From Ministeria vibrans ATCC 50519 (lineage: Eukaryota; Protista; Filasterea): DNA of 60,297 bases. Numbering within the stretch: position 1 is the stretch's first letter; every line of letters starts with the position of its first letter. Location of the stretch: NCBI GenBank assembly GCA_943704425.1, contig CALSCP010002085.1, forward strand, positions 1 through 60,297, read 5' to 3'. The position numbers and the translations under genes were made by a program. Positions 41,586 to 51,243 of this stretch are shown piece by piece. The notes under the pieces are model-generated. The model made no database searches, was not told where the DNA came from, and was given only the letters and a program-made list of their open reading frames with translations.

Positions 41586-44482
41586 ATGTCAACATCCAGC
41601 GATTTTGCCGAGACGCGCTTCCACAAATACGCCCTTGTGGTCGGTCGAAGTGTGTTTGACAAAAACACTCTTGAGCTCGACACACTCGCAGGCGTCGCAC
41701 CGACCGTCCGCAACGTTGCCGTCGACCTTGTGCGCAACGGATTCAACGTCGTCGTGCTTGCAGACACGCCCATGGCGCTGTCGCAGCCCGCTTTCGACGC
41801 GACGCTGGAAAAACAATACAGCGCCATTGCCGACGACGCCGTGCGGGCTCGCCGGCTGCAGTGGTGCCGGGGGGCGGCTACGAGGCAGCACATTGCTGTC
41901 TGCGTAAAGGAACTGGCGATAATGGTCCCTGGACACCTTGCTGGGCGCCTCGACCAAATGGTCGTTTACGTTTGTGCACACGGCGTCGCCAACGCCAGCG
42001 ACGGGTCGTTTGGGGCCGCGCTGGGCGATGTGCAACGCACCGTAGCGTCGTACACGGACTCGGCGGGGGCTGCGGTCGCTGCGTGCTACGAGGGCGCGTA
42101 CACGATCGACAAGGTGCGCGAAGACGTGGCTGTCGACGAGGCGCTGCAACGGTGGTACAGCACGCTCGTGGTGATGGACACGTGCCAGGCAGGGGGCTCG
42201 TTTGGCGGCGCAACCGAGCCGTTTCTTCACTTGCAGGGCGAAGTCGAGGGCGAGAAGATGCAGAGGCTGTTCCAGCGCGAGTCGTACCAGTGCTTGGCGA
42301 GTGTGCCTTGCAAGCCAGCGGCCTTCTGCCAGCGTCACGGCACCGCGCTGTCCACGGCGTTGCAACGAGCATGGCTCCGTCCACCTGGCGATGGAGGGGC
42401 GTTTGCACGGGGGCGAGAGGGAGCGGGGCGGTGGGCGTCGATCGGGTGCGTGGTGGAGCGTGTGAATGTCGAGCTGGCGACACTCGCTCAGACGCACCCC
42501 GAGCACTTTTACAGCAACCCGGCGACGTGCGAGCTCAGCCGCATGCCATGGCGCGTCACGTCCAACACGGGAGAGTTCTTCGCATTCAACAGCAAGTACA
42601 CGAGTCTCAACAAGCTGAGAATGGTACCCGTCATCACGATGAGTTTTACGGGACGCGAGAAGGAGCTGAAGGAGTTGGAGACGCGTCTGCAAGAGAGTGG
42701 CACTGCAACGATTGGGAACCTGGCGGTGACTGCGGGGGGCGGAGTGGGAAAGACGACGCTGGCGGTGGAGTATGCGAAGCGGAACGAGCATATGTACCAT
42801 CTTTTGGTGTGGGTGCAAGGAGCGAGCGAGGCGACGATGGTCGCGTCGTATCGGCGAGTGGTGCACCTGTATTCGATCAAGGGAGTGCACCATCGGACGG
42901 CAAAGGACGAGGAAGTGGTGGAGGCGGTGAAGAGGTGGCTGGAGCAGGAGGAAGGATGGTTGATGGTGCTGGACGGATGTGATGTGATCACACGAGAGAT
43001 GGCGAAGATGATGCCGAGTTGTGGCGGAGGGACGCGAGGGAAGGTGCTTGTGACAACACGATTGCAGAGTGTGGATGAACTTGGTGAGGAGTTCAAGACG
43101 AGTCGGGTGGCACCGTTGTCGCTGGAGTTGTTTGATGAAGAGGAGGGACTGGCGTACATGAAGAAGCGGCTGTCAACATACCGAGAAGAAGACGACGATG
43201 AGGATTTGAGGAAGATTGTGGTGGAACTTGATGGAATGCCACTGGCACTGTCGCTGGCTGCGGGGTACTTGAGCCTGACGCCGTTTGTGACGGCGGGGGA
43301 GTATTTGGCACGGATGGAGGTGGACCGATTGGATGCGTTGAAGAAGAAGGTTCGGGGCGTTCAGACAGAGGATCGTGTGTTGTCGACGTATGGACGGAGC
43401 TTTGGACGGGCCGTGGAGATTGGAGGGAGGGTGATGGTTGAGAAGATGGTTGGGGTGATGGGGTTCCTGGAGGGGAATGGAATGGAGGAGGAGGTATTGC
43501 GACTGTTGGTGACGGGGAGGAGGACGAGGGAGGATGGTGTGGTGGGGAAGGATGAGTTTGATGTTGCGTTGGATGCACTGCGACAGTTGTCGATCGTGAA
43601 TGTGAGTCGGAATGTGTCGCGAATGCATCGGTTGGTGCAGGATGTGTGTCGGGCGGTGGCGTTTGGAGATGAGGATGAGCGGTGGGATGCGCTGCAGGGG
43701 CTTGGGAAAGTGTTGAAGGAAGAGATCGATGATGAGAAGAAGGTGTATGATGATATGGAATGGAGTCGTGTGGTGGGAGTGCATGGGATGCGAGTGTTGG
43801 GTTGGGCGAGGGGGGAGGTAGAGGAGAGGAGGGGAGCGGGAGATACTGAGGAGTATGAGGGGGGTGTTGTGTGGCTTGGGATCCATTTGAGTAATGCGTG
43901 GAGTACTTTGGGAGTGTACGGGTTGTCTCGAAGTGCGTCGNNNNNNNNNNNNNNNNNNNNNNNNNNNNNNNNNNNNNNNNNNNNNNNNNNNNNNNNNNNN
44001 NNNNNNNNNNNNNNNNNNNNNNNNNNNNNNNNNNNNNNNNNNNNNNNNNNNNNNNNNNNNNNNNNNNNNNNNNNNNNNNNNNNNNNNNNNNNNNNNNNNN
44101 NNNNNNNNNNNNNNATGCACAAGGAGACTACAGTCGTGCTCTTGAGTACTATGAGCGTGCTCTGACTATTAAAGAGAAGTCTGTTGGTCCCGACCACCCA
44201 TCCGCAGGAGCAACACTCTTCAACATGGCGCTTTTGTCCACGCAACAAACCAATTTTTCCCGTGCCCTTCAATACTGTCAACGTGCGCTTTCCATCTTCC
44301 AGCACACTCTTGGACCAAATCATCCGCATACGCAAAAGGCCTGCACGCTAAGCACCCAACTACAAACCCGCCGACCAAACAGCTACCGCTCACGTACTCC
44401 CCACTTCTCTCTTACCCATCTCATTGCATTCGGTTCTCTCACTCTTTTGGCTTTGGCCATTGCAGTTCGACTCAGAAAATGA
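41586..44482 (+). CDS. NLR-like STAND protein: caspase-like (C14) domain + NB-ARC + TPR + C-terminal TM; interrupted by an assembly gap
   Basis: CAHG and MDTCQ dyad motifs; GGVGKTTLA, LMVLDG, VLVTTR, GMPLAL, MHRLVQ; after the gap, TPRs QGDYSRALEYYERALTIKEKSVGPDHP; hydrophobic tail. Confidence 0.85.
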
Positions 44483-44658
44483 ATTATTATCTTAATTATT
44501 ATTAGAATATTTTTTCAACTCAAAAAGCAAATTGAGAGAGATCCAAGAACAAAGTAGGATCAAAAAAACTGTACAAATTTACTTCAGAATGTCTCTCTCA
44601 TTCGACTTACTACACGCCGTCGAATTACACGCTCCCTCTCCAGTCTGCCAAACGGACC

Positions 44659-45165
44659 TCAATCGGACGAATCGTCGTCGTAGCGAATGGAATTGGTCTG
44701 GAAATCAATAGGACCACCGCGATAGTTTCCGCGCTTCTTCTTTGTCTTCTCGTGACGGAATGACTTTCCCTTTGTAAACTTCAAATCGCGATTCGCGCGT
44801 TCACCGAACGTGCCGGACGCACCGCGTTTGGCCTCGTATGAGTTGTCGAGGAGTTCGGGGTGCGCTGCGTGGGCAACCATGTCGTTGGAGACGCGACGGA
44901 ACGGGGCGTTGACGACACGGGGTGCCTTCTCCTTGCGCTTCTTGAAGGTGGCGGGGGAGGAACTGGCAAGGGGCGTCGACTGGTCGCGTGCTTCACTGTC
45001 GGACGACGAGGAGGAGCTTGTTTCGCGCTTGCGTTTGGTGCGTGTGGTGTTGTCGTCGCTCGCTGATGATGATGAGGAGGAAGAAGAAGAAGATGATGAT
45101 GATGAGGAGACGCTTTGTTTCTTGGTCGGCGGCAGCTTTTTCTTGGCGGGAGCGTCGCTGTCGCT

Positions 45166-45206
<41 letters not shown>

Positions 45207-45897
45207 CTGGTTTGGAAGCAACAGGCTTCTTCTTGACAGGCGCCTCTTCTTCGCTGGACGACGAGGACGAGGAGGAGGAGGACGAGGAGGACGAGGCTGG
45301 CGGTGCGCGTTTGACGCTGACCTCCTTCTGCGCCTTCTTGGAGGGCGTCTCGTCTTCACTGTCGCTTGACGACGACGACGATGACGATGACGATGAGGAC
45401 GACGCCTGAGCACGTGGATCGCCCTTCTTCTTCGACAGCTTCTTCTTCTTTTCCGGCACACGTTTTGCCGGCTGCTCCTCTTCCGACGACGACGACGAAT
45501 CGTCGCTCGATTCGGCCGTTTTAGCCGGTTTCTTCGACACACCCGCCTTCTTCGTGGCTTGTTCTTCGACGTATGCATCAAGCAGGGCGGCGAGGGACAC
45601 GGATTTGCCTGCAGCAGACTCATCCTGAGAGGAGGGAAAAAAAAAAAGGGGGTTGGAAAAAAATTCGCATCCACATGGACAGACATCTAGGGGAAATCAA
45701 GGGTCGTCTTCAAGCACACGCGGCAGGACACAGCAGGGTAGGGGCATACGCGGCGAGGGATCGGGCGATGTGAGTACCACTTCGGATTCTTTCTTGAGCG
45801 ATTTCAATGTTGACTTGAAGCCGCTGTCGAGCAGGAACTTGACCACCACGTTGAACTTGGCGGCTTCCTCGCCGGAAAAGGTTGTTTTCTTGCTCAT
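44659..45897 (-). CDS. NOLC1: Nopp140/SRP40 nucleolar phosphoprotein
   Basis: LisH-like exon 1; alternating Ser-acidic and basic tracts; SRP40_C motif FGERANRDLKFTKGKSFRHEKTKKKRGNYRGG. Confidence 0.94.
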
Positions 45898-46038
45898 TGT
45901 GAATAGGCAAATTATTCTTGTTTAGATTGAGACTTTTTACTTTTGACTTTTGACTGATCATTCTTAACTTTCTCTCATCAACACCCCTATTCGGACCACC
46001 GGCTTGATCTTGAGTCCGTGTCTGGCATACTTCCTGTT

Positions 46039-47364
46039 ATGATGACTGCGCCATCTTCCGGGATGGACTCCGACGGCCAACTTGGCTTCAAACCTTTCCG
46101 GTTTCCTCCCATACTCAAAAACTCTCTCGCCCTCTCACTCTGGCGCATTCTCTGATAGAATCGGCATTTACTTTGCCTCGTTGATTGCGTGTCTGGCCAC
46201 GAGTGCGTATGGCTCGTACTCAGCTGCCCGCAAAATGCGCATCCGCTCGACAATCATCCTCGGCTTCTTTCTCCTCGCTGCCGGCGCTCTCCTCTTCACC
46301 TGGCGCGAAATCTTCCTCTTTCTCATTGAAGACGCCACCCCGTATGCCTCTGCCGACGACTGGATTGAGAAAAGCGAGTTCTTTGTCAAGGTAAATCGCC
46401 GATTGTTGTGCGACCTCTGATCGCAAGTGCTGATGGCAAGTGCAGCTGCCCAAGCGCACGGCGGTGGACGCGGTGTCGCTGAGAGGCGTGTCGAGTGTTG
46501 AGTTTGAGGAGGCGAGTCTGATTCCTCTGATTGTTTTTGAAACGCGACAGAGACCGCTCACATCTTCCGCTATGTATTCCGTAGGCTTACCTCGACGTGT
46601 GCAGTCCTGCCGAATCATTCTGGTGGTCGCAACAGCTTCTGAGCTTTGTCGTGACCTTTGTACTGCTGCTGCAACTGGACGGACCGCTACTGTCGGTGTC
46701 GCTCCTGGAGCGTGGCTGCTACGTGTGGCTGGCGTTTGGCGGGGCAGTCTCGCTTGCACTGCCTCTGGTGCTGCTCCGACTTCTGCCTGTGCTGTCTGCC
46801 CCGCCACTGGTGCGTCATCCCGACCTTGTGCGACGCACATGGGTTACCGTGACCGCTCTTTTCCCTCTCTGGCTTCTGTCCATGGTCGGCCTTGTCGGTG
46901 TGCGAGTGCTCCCCGAATTCGGCTTCAAATCGTCTCTCATGCTCCTCCACCTTGTGCTGTTTGTCCCCGCCATCATTCCCTCCCCCTCCTCCTCCTTCGC
47001 CACCACCACCACCACAACAGCAACAACACGAACATCTTCTGAGAAGCGCACCAATGAGTCGCTTGTGCTCTTGCTCTTCTCCGTCGCTGCCGTCTGCTCC
47101 ATCTTCCACCTGTGGGCGTCCACCCGCTGCACATGGTCCCCCGACGCTCCCTTTACCACTTTAACCGCTTTTCTTCGTGCGGGCTTCACCGGTCATGCCA
47201 ACCGTGGCATTGGCTTTGACTTGCTCTTCTGCACTCTCCAATCTGCAGTCTTTGTCGCTCTCGATCGTGGCTTCCTCCGCGCTCTCCTCTTCCTCACTGC
47301 TGCCCTTCTTTTCACGCCTGGTGTTGCTCTTCCTGTCTATCTTGCTCTCAGGAGGGCCAAGTAG
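46039..47364 (+). CDS. Uncharacterised multi-pass membrane protein
   Basis: In-phase exons ...KPFRIGIYFASL...WIEKSEFFVK / AYLDVCSPAESFWWSQQLL... with about 9 hydrophobic segments. Start codon uncertain. Confidence 0.7.
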
Positions 47365-47703
47365 TACAAATGAAATTAATTTTTGTTAATCGTTTCGTTG
47401 AAAGTTGAATTGAATAAGAAGAAGACATTTCCATTTTATTATCAATCACAAACGAAAAGCGACCAACACAAACAGCTCCGAACCACTTTGTAAGCTACGG
47501 GAGCGTCGAGAGGGAGCGGAGACAGGTTGGCTGATGGCCAGACAAGTGACGCGATAGGCACCAGATAGACCATAGACCATACATATCCTGAGGGGGACAT
47601 AAGGCTCTCTCTGCCAACCAACACAAATGAAAGTTGAATTGGGAAAATGAAAAAAAAAAACGTACGGAAATTATAATAATACACAAAAAAAAAAAAAAAC
47701 AAA

Positions 47704-47822
47704 GGCGGACTCGGAGAATTGAACTCCGGACCTCTCGCACCCTAAGCGAGAATCATACTATTAGGGCTAAGAACACAAGGGAAGAACCGCTTGATGTTTT
47801 ATCCTCACTAGACCAAGTCCGC
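47704..47822 (-). tRNA. trnP: tRNA-Pro(AGG) with a 47-nt non-canonical intron in the D-loop (47759-47805, between G18 and G19)
   Basis: Removing the insert gives GCGGACTTGGTCTAGTG|GTATGATTCTCGCTTAGGGTGCGAGAGGTCCGGAGTTCAATTCTCCGAGTCCGCC. It has a perfect 7-bp acceptor stem, intact anticodon and T stems, and a downstream poly-T. Confidence 0.9.
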
Positions 47823-47849
47823 TGTTTTTATTGACGAGGTGCAAAAAGT

Positions 47850-47864
47850 GCTATATAAATATAT
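47850..47864 (-). promoter_or_regulatory. TATA-like element about 30 nt upstream of tRNA-Pro
   Basis: Minus strand reads ATATATTTATATAG, 28-42 nt upstream of G1. Confidence 0.45.
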
Positions 47865-48639
47865 TTTGACATGTGATATTGCAAAATCTTCCATGTCTGA
47901 CATGGCAGTCTCTACTTCATGTGTGAATGCACGTCAATGAATGGTGAAAGTGAAAAAAAAGTTTGAGTTTCGCGAATTAAATTTTTTTTAAAAAAAATTA
48001 TTTGAAGTGTGTGTATCAAGCCCATCTTGTAGTAACAATAAGCCATTGATGATAATGCGTTGAAAACAAAAGCACCCCAGCTTGGCCTTGAAGCAGATTT
48101 TTAAGTGGACTTTAATGGTAATAAATAATCGAGGAGAGAGCCACTAGGAAAGTGGAAACTCTCTTACGAGTGACGTCCGGCAGGCCGGCAGGTCGCCGGT
48201 CGGCGCTCGCCGCTCGGGGGTATGAGTGGTATCTAAAAGCCTTAAACTGCTAATGTTCCATTTTGAACATTTCGCGTGTTCGACACTGAAAAGATCGGGT
48301 TTGAACTTTTAATCAGATTTCGCTGTGAGTAGATAAGCCAATCAGAAGTCAATCTGCTAACTGTTGTTTCACTCACTTGTTTGCTTAATGCTTATATTTA
48401 TACTGCTACGACAAACAGACAAAGAAGAAGGCCGAAATATATAGAAGACGAAGAATCAATCAGAAAATTTAACAGATGATTCTGACATGTGCGTGGGTTT
48501 AGAGAATCATTGACAACCACGAAAAAGGGTTAACATAGATCGCTCAAGTATTTTAGCTTTGGGTGTGGGCTACTTCGTGATGACTATGGAAAATATGTTT
48601 AAATAGCACATTTGAGCGTACTCTGTAAAAACCTAAAAT

Positions 48640-48746
48640 TGCGAGATGCCCCGGGTTCAAAATTGAAAACGTCTGTTTTCGTGAACATTCCCCGGCTTCT
48701 CCATTCCCTTGGGGAAGTAACTCAGTGGTAGAGTGCTCGCTTTGCA
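48640..48746 (+). tRNA. trnA: Circularly permuted tRNA-Ala(UGC): 3' half 48640-48703 (T-loop intron 48661-48688), 7-nt spacer, 5' half 48711-48746
   Basis: Reordered mature sequence is GGGGAAGTAACTCAGTGGTAGAGTGCTCGCTTTGCA|TGCGAGATGCCCCGGGTTCAA|TCCCCGGCTTCTCCA. All four stems pair, and the G3:U70 alanine identity pair and A73 are present. Confidence 0.92.
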
Positions 48747-48748
48747 AG

Positions 48749-48767
48749 TTTTTTTTGTTTTTTTTTT
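48749..48767 (+). terminator. Pol III oligo-T terminator of the permuted tRNA-Ala
   Basis: T8-G-T10 run starting 3 nt after position 37 of the 5' half. Confidence 0.75.
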
Positions 48768-48859
48768 GGTCTTCCTACGTATAATGTCTTTTAAGTTAAA
48801 ATATTATGTGATTTAATCATTTCTTTTTTTTGGCCTTTATTCTTCTCCAGTAGTAGTAT

Positions 48860-49154
48860 AAATCACACATCACACATCTAACATCAGTAACACGAGACAC
48901 GAAAGAAGGATCAATCTGGATCATATCAAACACATAGTGTAATATAATACCGTGAGACCAATCACAATTATTGGATCACATATATTCTCAATCATATATT
49001 CATATTCAAATCACACATCACACATCTAACATCAGTAACACGAGACACGAAAGAAGGATCAATCTGGATCATATCAAACACATAGTGTAATATAATACCG
49101 TGAGACCAATCACAATTATTGGATCACATATATTCTCAATCATATATTCATATT
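48860..49154. repeat. Tandem direct duplication, 2 x 147 nt (period 148)
   Basis: 48860-49006 and 49008-49154 appear identical (AAATCACACATCACACATCTAAC...ATTCATATT). Confidence 0.9.
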
Positions 49155-49166
49155 ATACAATTTTCG

Positions 49167-49584
49167 ATGTACCTCCACTCTCGGCAGATCCCGCTCCTCC
49201 TTCTTCTCCTCGCGGCATTCTCGACCAATGTCGCCTGGGGCACGGCTCTTCCGTCGCTGACGGTCAAAGGAAGCTCCTACGACGTTGGCTTTGCCATCGG
49301 CTCAACCTTCTCTCAAATGTATCAAAACTTCGTCGCCGAATACTCGTCGATGAAGACGCTTCGTGACTTTGCCGCAACGCCCCAAGGCAAGTCTGACATT
49401 GACTCCTTTACCTCCACCAACAAAGCGCTCTACCCTGAGTTTTATGAAGAGGTAAAAAGCAAAACTTTCATTATTTATGTTTACCGACTGACTCTCTCTC
49501 TCTCGCTCGCTCTCTCTCTCTCTCTCTGAAGGTGAAAAAGATAACCTTTGAGCAGAGTAGACGGAGAATGCGAANNNNNNNNNN

Positions 49585-49682
<98 letters not shown>

Positions 49683-50574
49683 TCTCACTCAGATGCAAGG
49701 CATCGCTGACGGCTCGGGCGTCGCCTACTCCGACGTACTGCTGCTCAACTACCGCGAAGAGATCAAGTTGATTCTGCGCGAAACGCAGCGCACAGTCGAC
49801 TTGCCGCGCTCCTGCTCTGACGTACTTGTGGCGAACCGCTCCATTGGACACAACGAAGACAACGACAAGAGCATCGGCAAGTATGCCGCGCTCGTGACTT
49901 TTACCGTCACAGGTGAGCCCACCGTCACCGCCTACGTGTACCCCTTGGCGGTGCCCGGGAACGCCTTCGCATGGAACGCCGCTGGCATGGTCTTCACCGT
50001 CAACGCCCTCTTTCCTCGCAACGTCCTCCTTGGCGGTCGTGTCCGGCAGTTCATTACGCGTGACATGCTTCGCGCACGCTCTCTCGACGATGCCCTTGCT
50101 CGTATTGCTCATCTGCCCAACTCGGCGACTGGCTGCTCCATCAACCTTGCGCAAATGCCGCTCACCTACACCAGCAGTGGCGCTACCACTCGCCTTGCCA
50201 ATGTCGAAGTGGCCCCTGGCAATGTCTCGTCAACGGCCTACGTGCCAAGCAACGCGCATCTCTACCATTTCAATCAGTATCTCCGTCTCAACGTCTCGCG
50301 ACACGCCGACCCTTCCTCCGACGGCCGTCTCGCCCGCGCCCTCCAGCTTCCCTCGCCCTCTCCCACCTCCTCCATCGCCTCTGTCACGCGCATCCTGGGC
50401 GACACACAAGGCTCCTACAAACTGTACGCGCGCGGTGACTGTGCCGTCCCCGACACCGACCGCTACACACTCGCTACCGCCCTTTTTGACTTCCACGCTC
50501 GCTCCGTCTCCATCTATGTTCAGAGCAATCCCGCCACTTCCGATCCCCTTATTAGACTGCCTTTGATTTCATGA
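49167..50574 (+). CDS. Peptidase C45 / acyl-CoA:6-APA acyltransferase family Ntn hydrolase, secreted
   Basis: Signal peptide; GSSYDVGFAIG; EEMQGIADGSG; SCSD (N-terminal nucleophile Cys); GHNED; PGNAFAWNAAG; HFNQY. One intron. Confidence 0.9.
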
Positions 50575-50694
50575 GCGCTGCCTTTGATTATTAAAATTCA
50601 TAATATTATTCCCTTTTTATAATAATATTTTTGTAGTCCTTTTCCTCTCTCTCTCTCTCTCACCCCACTACTCTCTGGTGCAGTGCGTTCTTGT

Positions 50695-51029
50695 TTAGTC
50701 AATCTTGACAGACGCATAAATCTTGCGCACAAAGATGAGACAAGCAACGAAACCCACTGAGCCAGTGACGATAAAGAAGATGAAGGAGGCAATGGAAGCA
50801 TAGCCAAAGAAGAGGAAGGCACTCGCAGAGCCCACCACTTCGATCTTCACGAAGAAGTAGACGACGAGCGCAAGGAAGATGTAAAAGGCCGTTGAGCCGG
50901 CCGTCAGGAACGACCGCCACCACCACCGGTAGTCCTAACGAAAGAGATGGGGGATGCGTGACGGGCGTTGAGTACTATATTTTCACTCTTGAGACCAGAG
51001 AGGGAGAGAAGAGGGGGAAAGAAAGAAAG

Positions 51030-51120
<91 letters not shown>

Positions 51121-51212
51121 NNNNNNNNNNNNNNNNNNNNNNNNNNNNNNNNNNNNNNNNNNNNNNNNNNNNNNNNNNNNNNNNNNNNNNNNNNNNNNNN
51201 NNNNAGAAACAA

Positions 51213-51243
<31 letters not shown>

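Noticed and set aside
41589-43578. Long antisense and alternative-frame ORFs over the NLR-like gene (also over NOLC1, F-box and ankyrin genes)
   Set aside because: These are shadow ORFs caused by GC/purine-biased codon usage; they are low complexity and show no motifs.
47758-47808. The tRNA-Pro insert read as a spliceosomal intron (GTGAG...CTAAT-AG on minus)
   Set aside because: Removing GT...AG would delete G15-G19 and destroy the D-loop. The G18/G19 boundary restores the canonical sequence and fits a BHB-like fold.
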